64,000 nucleotides of DNA from a virus (IMGVR_UViG_3300045988_151707:32001-96000), one strand, 5' to 3'; shown: positions 45,368-53,609, numbered from the stretch's first letter. Numbers and translations are program-made. Notes: generated by a model from the letters alone, not told the origin.

Positions 45368-46240
45368 TCACATTTCTATCTCGATGGCCGGATTCCATTC
45401 GTCCGGATCAGAAAAAGTGATTCCCGTATTTCCACTGAACAGACGGCAGATGGCGTTTGTGCACCGGTTCCTCAGAAGCGGAACGCCGGAAGCCTGTGCA
45501 CCGTAAAGCATTTTCCCGTCGGCTCCCAGAGCCTCTATTTTCAGCGTCACGTCAAATTCTTCCGACTCGGTAGGAGTGAAGGTAAACACGGAGAAATAAA
45601 GCCCGCTACGGCCCGCATACTCGTCGCCTATCTCCCAGGTAATCGCATAGTCGGATGCGGAATCTGCGTCACCGTTACCGGTAGTCACATCCAGCGTGCG
45701 AAGATGACCGCCTACCGTCATTCGTACCGATTTCACCGAGGCTGGAAACGCATCTTTCACGGTAATCATGGCACGGCTTACTACGCGCTTCATTTGCAGT
45801 TCCTGACTCGAAGCCATATTCTCGTCCACTTGAAGAGAAAAGTCCTGCCAGAAAGTCTCTGTTACTTTCTCAGGAGTATATTTCATGCCTTCCATACTTC
45901 CTCCGGTACTGCTGTGAGCCAGGAAGTACACATGATGCGCTCCATACTTCATGTTCAGTGTAAGGGGAGAAGGAAGCGAAACGGTGTCCGCCTGCATCTG
46001 CTCGCCGTCCATGTAATCCCAATAGGAGAGGGTAGTGGCCAGCTCGGCCAGCGTGCCGGCACGTGAATTATTCCACTGGTTGATGTCTCCCTGTCCGATT
46101 TCCATAAACACCGGAAGGAAAGACACCCTGCACGTTTTCTCACTCGTCTGCCCTATATCCGTCGGACGGACGATGTTTTCCTTGCTGCAAGACGCCATAA
46201 TCAGGATAGCAGCCATGCAAATGCTTTTCGACAAATTCAT
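45368..46240 (-). CDS. lipoprotein, possibly fimbrillin (Mfa2/FimB)-like (start at ATG 46240)
   Basis: Lipobox MNLSKSICMAAILIMASC. The beta-rich body with the KRVVSRAMITV pattern is reminiscent of Bacteroidales fimbrial subunits (weak). Confidence 0.4.
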   Translation of the reverse strand: MNLSKSICMAAILIMASCSKENIVRPTDIGQTSEKTCRVSFLPVFMEIGQGDINQWNNSRAGTLAELATTLSYWDYMDGEQMQADTVSLPSPLTLNMKYGAHHVYFLAHSSTGGSMEGMKYTPEKVTETFWQDFSLQVDENMASSQELQMKRVVSRAMITVKDAFPASVKSVRMTVGGHLRTLDVTTGNGDADSASDYAITWEIGDEYAGRSGLYFSVFTFTPTESEEFDVTLKIEALGADGKMLYGAQASGVPLLRNRCTNAICRLFSGNTGITFSDPDEWNPAIEIEM

Positions 46241-46320
46241 GTTGTTTAGTTTTAAGTTTATACCATAATTAACGCACGTCCGGAGTTTCGTTTCCGGTTT
46301 TGATGGATTTTTATTGTAAA

Positions 46321-46760
46321 GTTCGGAAAGTTTGCACATTTATATAGTTCGGAATCTTTGCACCTTTACACGAAATAATTTCCCTTACTGACGGAATCTT
46401 TTCACCTATTGACGGAATCATTGCACCTACATGCTTTTAAAAACCTAATAATCAATGATTTTCAGAATTTATATAATTATCTATATGTTATAATATAAAG
46501 AAACGATAGTTTCTTAAATAAGGGATAAAAGAAAAAATATATCGGTCTGCTTTTATTAATGATATTATGATATAAGATATATAGTAAAGCGTAATTTGCT
46601 ATAAAACAAATAGTTATATTAATAAAGGTGCAAACTTTCCGTTTTTAGGGGTAAACTTTCCGTCAATATGTACTAAGTTTCCGTGTGTATGGGTAAAGAT
46701 TCCGTCATATAGGGGAAAATTTCCGAACATATATAGATTAAAGGTGCAAACTTTCCGAAC
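46321..46760. repeat. iteron-type replication origin: 4 leftward and 6 rightward iterons flanking an AT-rich spacer
   Basis: Consensus GGTGCAAA(C/G)TTTCCG(N)(A)C. Right set at 46627, 46648, 46671, 46691, 46712 and 46743 (about 21-22-bp phasing). Left set, inverted, at 46321, 46347, 46389 and 46410. Confidence 0.75.
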
Positions 46761-46772
46761 TATTTTCATTCA

Positions 46773-46827
46773 ATATTTTCCGTTTTTGGAAAATATTGTC
46801 ATTTTATTTTCCGTTTTTGGAAAATAT
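46773..46827. promoter_or_regulatory. two copies of the TATTTTCCGTTTTTGGAAAATAT palindromic operator upstream of the XRE/rep operon
   Basis: Copies at 46773-46796 and 46805-46827, followed by a TATATTTG box at 46831-46838. Confidence 0.55.
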
Positions 46828-46855
46828 ATCTATATTTGTGCCAAATAACGAACCA

Positions 46856-47110
46856 ATGAAGATTTATTTAGAAGAAAGATTAAAAGAGTCAGGTATAAGC
46901 AAGGATGAACTGGCAAAGAGACTGGGTATTTCCAATTCAAGTCTGACAAAGAAATTAAACGGTCCGTCACGTACTAACCTGCAATTTCTGGAAAGTGTGG
47001 CCGATGCGTTGGGAATATCTGTTTTCTCTCTTATTGATGATGAAAAATACGTGAAGGTAGGTACATTCCAGTCCGATGGGAATACTTACGAAATACGAAA
47101 AATAAACTGA
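46856..47110 (+). CDS. XRE-family HTH regulator
   Basis: LKESGISKDELAKRLGISNSSLTKKLNG...LQFLESVADALGISVFSL fits the HTH_3 pattern. Start moved to ATG 46856, downstream of the -7 box. Confidence 0.7.
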   Translation: MKIYLEERLKESGISKDELAKRLGISNSSLTKKLNGPSRTNLQFLESVADALGISVFSLIDDEKYVKVGTFQSDGNTYEIRKIN

Positions 47111-47116
47111 TAGCCT

Positions 47117-48580
47117 ATGCGACGGAAGAAAAGCACCACCGAATCAAGCAACTCACTGATTAAAGAGCTTAGCTCAGTAGAGTTTATTAAACAACCCTAT
47201 CTGTATGCCATGGTAGGGGCAGATTTTTCACTCTACCAGCGAAGTATTATGATAGAAATCATGAAGTCCATGCAAGACCGCTTCAATGAATTTCTGAAAA
47301 ACAGACGTGCAGACGGACAAATGTCACTTTTCCCTGATGATCTGGACGACAATCAGATTCTCACATTCCGAATCAGCGCTTCCTCTCTTGGAGTAAGTCC
47401 TCGTGACTATATGTATCTTAGTGAGGCATGCGATAATCTGATGAAGATGAACTGTTCTTTTTACAGATATGATGAAGTGGGAAGACCTATTCGTACATAC
47501 GCACATCTGTTTTCTACGATTGAAATGCCGATGATTCCGGTTTCAGGCTCGAAAGAAAAAGAAAGGAGGATGAACTACGTGGAAGCGCGTATGGATGCAA
47601 AGGTCTTGAAAGAACTGTGCGATTTAGGTAACGGGAAAGGTTATCTTGACCACATTTACCGAATAGCCCGTATCTGCAAACGCAAACGTACACCAAGCAT
47701 TTATATTTATCTTTCCAGATGGAAAGACTTCCCAAAGAAATCGGTGGAATATGTGGAGCTCAAGAAATTCCTGGGAGTGATAACATTGGAAAATGTGGAG
47801 GTGAACGGGGTAGTTACTAAGACTTACGAAAAAGACCGATACCCGAAATTCAGTAAATTTTGTAAGGAAGTGATGGACCCGATACGTGAAGACCTCGACC
47901 GTATGGCCAGCGAAAATCAGGTGGACTTTACTTTTGATTATGAACCTGTATATAAGGGTTCAACGAAGAGAGGAAACCCTGACGAGATATTATTTAAAAT
48001 CAAGCTGAGTGAACTTGGGGAGGAAATGTCGCGTAAACGAAGACAGCAAAAACTTCCCGCAGATATTTGGGACTTGCTTCGCTCTGAATATAAACTGACG
48101 GAAACAGATGTGCGTATGCTGACCGATATGCTTCCTGACGAACTGATGAACGATTTCCGGGCCGAAGTGCTGGCACTTCGTGACCGAATGAACCGGTATA
48201 AGGTAAACAATCCGAAAAGTTATGTGGTGACTTCACTCAAGAATTTTATTATCCAGCACACTCCGGAGGCAAAAGAAACAAAAGAAGATAATAGGGTAGA
48301 GGAGAAGAAAACCGTCAAGCATAAAACAATAAGCGAAGAAGATAAAAGCCGATGGATGGCATTTATGGAACTTCTTCAAGGTTCTGTAAGTCCGGTTGAA
48401 TTTAGCACCTGGCTGTCGTCGCTTGAATTTGTTTCGCTTAATGGTGAGGAAGTGACACTATCTGTACCGGCTGCATACGTAGCGACTTATATTGACGAAA
48501 AGCTGAGTGCACCATTTAAACAAGCGCTTAATGCAGTGTATGGCGAAGATGTAAAACTACTTTATGAAGTAAGAAAATAA
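47117..48580 (+). CDS. rep: plasmid-type replication initiator (Rep_3-like N-terminal region) with a DnaA-domain-I-like C-terminus
   Basis: The FIKQPYLYAMVGADFSLYQRSIMIEIM pattern is typical of iteron Rep proteins. The C-terminus WMAFMELLQGSVSPVEFSTWLSSLEFVSLNGEEVTLSVPAAYVATYI matches the DnaA N-terminal domain pattern. Iterons lie upstream. Confidence 0.7.
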   Translation: MRRKKSTTESSNSLIKELSSVEFIKQPYLYAMVGADFSLYQRSIMIEIMKSMQDRFNEFLKNRRADGQMSLFPDDLDDNQILTFRISASSLGVSPRDYMYLSEACDNLMKMNCSFYRYDEVGRPIRTYAHLFSTIEMPMIPVSGSKEKERRMNYVEARMDAKVLKELCDLGNGKGYLDHIYRIARICKRKRTPSIYIYLSRWKDFPKKSVEYVELKKFLGVITLENVEVNGVVTKTYEKDRYPKFSKFCKEVMDPIREDLDRMASENQVDFTFDYEPVYKGSTKRGNPDEILFKIKLSELGEEMSRKRRQQKLPADIWDLLRSEYKLTETDVRMLTDMLPDELMNDFRAEVLALRDRMNRYKVNNPKSYVVTSLKNFIIQHTPEAKETKEDNRVEEKKTVKHKTISEEDKSRWMAFMELLQGSVSPVEFSTWLSSLEFVSLNGEEVTLSVPAAYVATYIDEKLSAPFKQALNAVYGEDVKLLYEVRK

Positions 48581-48585
48581 CGAAT

Positions 48586-48623
48586 AAATCCCGGAACGGA
48601 AAGCACCGTCCCGGGATTTTATT
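48586..48623. terminator. bidirectional terminator
   Basis: AAATCCCGG ... CCGGGATTT stem followed by a T-rich tract (TTATTTT). Confidence 0.65.
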
Positions 48624-48624
48624 T

Positions 48625-49128
48625 TCACTCCACATAGTCCTTCGTGTCGACGCAAAGCTCTACTTTTTGTACATCGGTCAGTTCAAGAAAAACTGCATAC
48701 CAGTTGTTCAGGAAAGGGCCGTAGGTAGAATAGTGAAGCTCCTCCGTTTCAAGGTTTATGTTCCGGAAAATCTTCCGTTTCTCCTGCTGCTCACGTAGCC
48801 AGGCAAGAAACTTCTGCATGTGCATCTTCGCTTCTTGAATGGCTTCGTATGACTGCTGCTTGTCGGTCGGCTTCATATTATCCGTTTTAACGAGGAAATA
48901 AATCACGTGCATAGGTTTGTCCATACCGCCTTTAATCGTCCCGTCCTGGGCAAATTCGTAGCCCACACAAGGCGATTTCACGTCGGGCAGCTTGCTCATG
49001 AACGAGGGAATAGCTACAATGTTGTCGAAAAGGAAAAACCGTTTGTTCTTTCCGGTTTCTCCGGGCGTATGAAGCATGGGCTTGTACTTTGTGGCCCATT
49101 CTTCGATGATTTCTTTTAATTCTGTCAT
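48625..49128 (-). CDS. hypothetical protein
   Basis: 167-aa ORF. Confidence 0.5.
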   Translation of the reverse strand: MTELKEIIEEWATKYKPMLHTPGETGKNKRFFLFDNIVAIPSFMSKLPDVKSPCVGYEFAQDGTIKGGMDKPMHVIYFLVKTDNMKPTDKQQSYEAIQEAKMHMQKFLAWLREQQEKRKIFRNINLETEELHYSTYGPFLNNWYAVFLELTDVQKVELCVDTKDYVE

Positions 49129-49130
49129 AA

Positions 49131-49421
49131 TTAAAATTTTGTTGGTTTTCTTAATTCTTTATCAAATGCCATTATAAATCCGATAAAAGTAAAAGACAGT
49201 AATGAAAGCCATATTCCCAGTTTACCTAATTCAGCATAAAGTAGCATGACTATCATGGCTGCTGTGATAATCCCTCCCAGAAGATTAGTCAGTTCCGATT
49301 CTTTTTGGAACATGAGGAAGACACCTAGCAGAAGGACAGCCAGTTCTATTCTTATCTGCTGGAGAAAATACATACCTACCAGCAAGAACGTGTTCGACAA
49401 TATTCTGATTATCGTTTTCAT
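49131..49421 (-). CDS. small three-TM membrane protein
   Basis: 96 aa, hydrophobic throughout. Confidence 0.5.
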   Translation of the reverse strand: MKTIIRILSNTFLLVGMYFLQQIRIELAVLLLGVFLMFQKESELTNLLGGIITAAMIVMLLYAELGKLGIWLSLLSFTFIGFIMAFDKELRKPTKF

Positions 49422-49954
49422 TTCATCCGGAATTTATAATCACTTCTTTTAAACTCGTCCTGGAAAGAAACCAGTACGCCGTTTTCGATGAAGTCCTGAT
49501 AATAGGAAGACACGAGCACTTGCAGTCGCTTTAGTTGATAACGCACTTCCATGGCGATTACAGGTCGTGACTGACGGTCTCCTTCTTCCTTCCATTTTTT
49601 ATACAATTTCTTGTAATGGGCAAATTCGTCTCTATCCACATCTTCAATGGGCTGTCCGGCACCGACACCCATATCTACGAAATACAGGTAATAGTTGAAG
49701 AAGAAGGAAATCTTCTTTGTGTCACCTCCGGCACCGTTGAATATCTTGGCATACATGCGCCGGTAAGCCTGTCCGGTACTCCGCTTGGCGGCCGGTGTAT
49801 TTCGGTACCCGATGTACGGGCCGGGGTATCCTCCCGGCCATACATGCTGTGTCTCGAAGTTGGTCTGAAGCTGCCGGATCATGTTGTTTGCCCAGCGCGT
49901 CAAGTCCAGGAACTCATCCTTTACCGCCTGACTGATGGTTTTCTGTTCTGACAT
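49418..49954 (-). CDS. hypothetical protein, possibly HK97-gp10-like tail-completion fold
   Basis: TGQAYRRMYAKI...YYLYFVDMGVGAG resembles the gp10 family Y..fvE.G pattern (weak). Confidence 0.35.
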   Translation of the reverse strand: MSEQKTISQAVKDEFLDLTRWANNMIRQLQTNFETQHVWPGGYPGPYIGYRNTPAAKRSTGQAYRRMYAKIFNGAGGDTKKISFFFNYYLYFVDMGVGAGQPIEDVDRDEFAHYKKLYKKWKEEGDRQSRPVIAMEVRYQLKRLQVLVSSYYQDFIENGVLVSFQDEFKRSDYKFRMK

Positions 49955-49957
49955 GGC

Positions 49958-50119
49958 TTATACATAGTTTAATGGATTTTCAAAAATATCTTTTATCATT
50001 TCCTGTTTGCATCCTTTGAACCATTTGAAAGGTTCTTTGCAGTAACTGATACCGATTGTTCCGGTTGTAGCATAGAACGAAACTTTGGCGTAACCGTTTT
50101 TATTTGATTTCTTTTTCAT
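49958..50119 (-). CDS. small basic protein (53 aa, below the ORF-track cutoff)
   Basis: MKKKSNKNGYAKVSFYATTGTIGISYCKEPFKWFKGCKQEM... fills an otherwise empty 200-bp gap. Confidence 0.3.
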   Translation of the reverse strand: MKKKSNKNGYAKVSFYATTGTIGISYCKEPFKWFKGCKQEMIKDIFENPLNYV

Positions 50120-50126
50120 ACATTCA

Positions 50127-50152
50127 TACTTTTATGTTTTTATGTAAAAGTA
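50127..50152. repeat. isolated inverted pair of the centromere motif (TACTTTTA ... TAAAAGTA)
   Basis: 17 nt (TACTTTTATGTTTTTAT) identical to 43661-43677 in the parA-upstream array. Confidence 0.5.
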
Positions 50153-50157
50153 GTTTT

Positions 50158-50781
50158 CTAAATTACTCCCTTTTCTTTTAGTTTTTTGTTCACTTCTTCA
50201 TACACAGAGTAAAACATATATTTTTTCCCTCCGCACCTGGTACCTCTTCTTAAAGAAGCAAATAACGCTGACAGTCCAACTCCGTTCTTTCTCGCACATT
50301 CAGCTACCGAATAATACACTTCTCCTGTTTCTAATGCAATTACTTTTTTGCAGATTCCAGGAGGTGATTTGCGGTGTGGGCCAAAATTACTATCAGGGTT
50401 GTTTATAAGCCTTAAACAGTTTTCTCTCGAAAGCTGTCTTCGTCTTTCCTGACGTTCTTTTGACCATTTATGGAAACCATTGTTTAATTTATGTCCCTTA
50501 CGGAAATGGCCTGTTCCTATTTCATGGTTAGGATCAGGAGTAAACTTCAGTTCATCCATTCTCTGCTCCTCATATATTTTCCTGAAGTCTTCTTCATAAT
50601 ACCATCTGAATCCTTTACATGCAGTTCCTCTCCGACAACTGAAACTAATGGAATGCCGACTTACACCGGATTTTATTGCTGCGTCTCTGATAAAGTCAAA
50701 ATATCCGGCAACTGTACCGTCTGGATTTACCGCAACTACCGGGTGATTGCTTCCTATTTTATATTGACTGTTCGATGGCAT
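50158..50781 (-). CDS. NUMOD1-like repeat DNA-binding protein (homing-endonuclease-like, no nuclease motif seen)
   Basis: Two modules, YFDFIRDAAIKSGVSRHSISFSCRRGTACKGFRWYY and YYSVAECARKNGVGLSALFASLRRGTRCGGKKYMFY. Confidence 0.5.
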   Translation of the reverse strand: MPSNSQYKIGSNHPVVAVNPDGTVAGYFDFIRDAAIKSGVSRHSISFSCRRGTACKGFRWYYEEDFRKIYEEQRMDELKFTPDPNHEIGTGHFRKGHKLNNGFHKWSKERQERRRQLSRENCLRLINNPDSNFGPHRKSPPGICKKVIALETGEVYYSVAECARKNGVGLSALFASLRRGTRCGGKKYMFYSVYEEVNKKLKEKGVI

Positions 50782-50793
50782 ATTTTTGTCATA

Positions 50794-50827
50794 ATGTTTA
50801 ATTTGACAAATTTGTCAAATTAAACAT
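50794..50827. promoter_or_regulatory. perfect 34-bp palindrome (ATGTTTAATTTGACAAA|TTTGTCAAATTAAACAT)
   Basis: 17+17 perfect inverted repeat, 13 nt upstream of the 50781 start codon. Confidence 0.6.
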
Positions 50828-50873
50828 AATTCAGTTTATATCAAATCTGTAAACATGAATACCAATATGCGTA

Positions 50874-51830
50874 TCATTCCTTGTCACTGATTAATGCGTT
50901 TCCGCAGGTGATTCTATCGGAGTCTTCTTCTTTTGACGGGACAAATACGATGACATCCCATCCTTCTTCAAGTAACGGCTGCTCGAACTTGCGGTACACA
51001 TTGTAATCGGAATATCCGGTTACTTCAAAACCGTTTTCTATGGCCGAGCTGGTTTCATGAATCGGCGTAATTTTTACGATAAACTTCTTTTTGTCAAACA
51101 GCGCAGAAAGTTCCTTCGCATCAAGAATGGTCTGTGCCGTAACAGGGAAATTCAGGGTGTATTTCCTTCCTTTCGGCATAGGAAGTTCTTTGGCCAATGC
51201 GGAAATTTCCTGAAGCGAAAGGCTCTTTCCGTCAAACAATTCGTTTCGCTGTGCTTCGTCGGTAGAATTGATGGAAAACTGCAGTCCGGCTTCTCCGTGG
51301 TAGAACTCGTTCTTGATGTCGCACCAGGTAAGAATAAAATCTTTCAGCCGTTTGTTGGCTCTTGGCAGCATGGTCGATACAACCGGATGAACGGTGTCTG
51401 CCATTAGTCCGCATCTCTTTACGAGACTTTTCAGCTGCAGAGTAAAGGAAGGCACGTTTTCATTCCAGGTAGGCTCTCCCATCCGGGCGAAATGTACGTT
51501 GAATCTTTCTGTGTGGAATACATATTCATTTTCAATGATGGTTCTAATCTGATAGGCCAGTTCTTCCAGCGAAGCGTTACCATGGAATCCGAAACGGGGT
51601 ACGTCGCAGAACTTACATTTCATCGGGCATCCTTTCTGCGTAGAGATGGTTGCCACCCATTTCTTGCTCAAGTCAACTTCTGTGTTGGCCACACCGTTTA
51701 TTTCTTTGGTCAGGCCCAAGAAATCGGCCTTGATATTGTTTTCTTTTCCGTAGTCTCCCACGGTAAGAAATTCCAGCTTCTTTTCTGTATCAACATAAAT
51801 CTTTCCTGTGTGTGTCTTGATTGTTTTCAT
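50874..51830 (-). CDS. radical SAM enzyme of the RlmN/Cfr methyltransferase type
   Basis: Motifs: TQKGCPMKCKFC (CxxxCxxC), GFHGNASLEELAYQI, ARMGEPTWNENV, LQFSINSTDEAQRNEL and C-terminal DRITCGNAL (like AACGQL). Collinear with E. coli RlmN as I remember it. Confidence 0.65.
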   Translation of the reverse strand: MKTIKTHTGKIYVDTEKKLEFLTVGDYGKENNIKADFLGLTKEINGVANTEVDLSKKWVATISTQKGCPMKCKFCDVPRFGFHGNASLEELAYQIRTIIENEYVFHTERFNVHFARMGEPTWNENVPSFTLQLKSLVKRCGLMADTVHPVVSTMLPRANKRLKDFILTWCDIKNEFYHGEAGLQFSINSTDEAQRNELFDGKSLSLQEISALAKELPMPKGRKYTLNFPVTAQTILDAKELSALFDKKKFIVKITPIHETSSAIENGFEVTGYSDYNVYRKFEQPLLEEGWDVIVFVPSKEEDSDRITCGNALISDKE

Positions 51831-51878
51831 TTTTCTTCTTTTTGGGGTTTTGGTTTGGTTTATTTGTAAAATTTGAAA

Positions 51879-53594
51879 TCAAAAAATAGATAATTGCGCA
51901 TCTTCGCACGAATTATCGACAAACATTTTCTTGAAGATGTAATAAAGAACATCCACCACAATGCTGTTGCCGGCCATTTTGTATTGCTGCGTCTTGCTGA
52001 TTCCTGACTTCTGAATATTATCAATATCTTTTTCGGAAACCCCCATAAGGCGGAAGCATTCGCGAGGTGTGAGTTTACGGATTCGGTAATTTGCAAAGTA
52101 TTCAATTATTTTAGGTTGTAAATTACCTCCTGACATGGTGTTAATATTTGGACTTATACCTATCGGGTTGTACACTCTACCTCTTTGAGGGTTCTTAAAA
52201 CCTTTCTCATCAGCCAAATTACCTACTTGAATAATTTTAGATTCTACTACGAAATTATTATCCTGCCATCGGCTTGACGTTATAGCCGAACAATTATCTA
52301 ATATTGCACCTTTATTAAATCCGCGCGGAGATTGAAAGATTTTTGCTTCTATTCCCTCATAAAGACATGGAGGCTCTCCGCCTGCTGTCAACGTAGGAGA
52401 AACTTTGCCGTTATCTTGTACCCTACCTCTTCTCGTTAAGCTTTCAGGATAAGAAGCATCGAATACCCCACCTGGCGGGATTTCTATATATCCTTTTTTA
52501 GTTGCTTGTTTTATAATTAGTGCTTGATTTATAGGTTCTGAAATAAAACTTAAACAAGAAGAATCCACAGTCGTCTTAATTGTTCCACATATATCAGATA
52601 CTGTTTGATTATAAGCATCAAGAAATTGAACTTCATGACCACTGATTTTTCCACTATCAACCAATGATTGTACTCTTTTATTCCCATATTTTTTTTCTTT
52701 TGAGCTAAAACCTGTTGGCACTGATTCCAAAATTCTTGGACCTTCACCTTTGTTTGTTGTCAAAGTAGGGCACAAGCCGTTTGAATCGAACACGTTTCCA
52801 TTCATTCCGTGACCTGAAGGGTTTGTGTTTCCTACTACATAAACGTAATTATCGCAATCCCTTGAACCAGCATTAGTCAAAATACTCGATGCAATCACAT
52901 CACCCATTGTAGGCTCAAACTTAAATCCGTTCCCTTTAGCCTTGTTCTTCTCGTTTCTTGCAAGAAATGTCTTTACAATCTTCTCGCTCAAATAAAAACT
53001 TTCATCCACATCTTTTTCAAGAACATCTTTCAGCCTTTTCTCCAGAGTGAAAGGTTTCGGAAAATGAAACGAAGCCTCGCCCAATATCGACACCATAAAG
53101 ACACGTTCCCTGTTTTGCGGTACTCCGAAGTCCTTTGCATTGAGAACTTTCGTATAATTGCTGTAGCCCTGTCCTTCAAGAAATCTGAGCCATTCTTTCA
53201 GGTACGGGGTAAACTTCTTCGATACGAGGTTCTTCACGTTCTCCATAAGCAGATACTTCGGACGTTTCGCCTCTATAGCCTTACGGCATTCCCAAAGCAG
53301 GCTGCTTCGTGTACCGCTACCCTCTGCAAGCCCTTTCTGCTGTCCGGCTGTGCTTATATCGGTACAAGGAAATGAGTATGTCAGAAAATCGAAGTCAGGA
53401 ACACTGCTCCAGTCTATCTTTGATATGTCGCCATAATTAGGAGTGTCTCCATGTACGGCCATATATGCCTGAATGGCGTACTTGTCAATTTCACTTATTC
53501 CAACAACCTCAAAGTCTATTCCCAGTCTGCTTAAAGCCATAGACTGCGAACCATATCCTGCAAATGCTTCAAAGACTCGTATTTTATTCTTCAT
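51879..53594 (-). CDS. DNA (cytosine-5)-methyltransferase with an unusually long target-recognition region
   Basis: Motifs: I FEAFAGYGS, IV SFPCTDIS, VI ENVKNL, VIII QNRERVF, IX/X TPRECFRLMG and GNSIVV. About 300 aa lie between VIII and IX. Confidence 0.9.
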   Translation of the reverse strand: MKNKIRVFEAFAGYGSQSMALSRLGIDFEVVGISEIDKYAIQAYMAVHGDTPNYGDISKIDWSSVPDFDFLTYSFPCTDISTAGQQKGLAEGSGTRSSLLWECRKAIEAKRPKYLLMENVKNLVSKKFTPYLKEWLRFLEGQGYSNYTKVLNAKDFGVPQNRERVFMVSILGEASFHFPKPFTLEKRLKDVLEKDVDESFYLSEKIVKTFLARNEKNKAKGNGFKFEPTMGDVIASSILTNAGSRDCDNYVYVVGNTNPSGHGMNGNVFDSNGLCPTLTTNKGEGPRILESVPTGFSSKEKKYGNKRVQSLVDSGKISGHEVQFLDAYNQTVSDICGTIKTTVDSSCLSFISEPINQALIIKQATKKGYIEIPPGGVFDASYPESLTRRGRVQDNGKVSPTLTAGGEPPCLYEGIEAKIFQSPRGFNKGAILDNCSAITSSRWQDNNFVVESKIIQVGNLADEKGFKNPQRGRVYNPIGISPNINTMSGGNLQPKIIEYFANYRIRKLTPRECFRLMGVSEKDIDNIQKSGISKTQQYKMAGNSIVVDVLYYIFKKMFVDNSCEDAQLSIF

Positions 53595-53609
53595 CCTTAT
53601 TGTGTTTGG

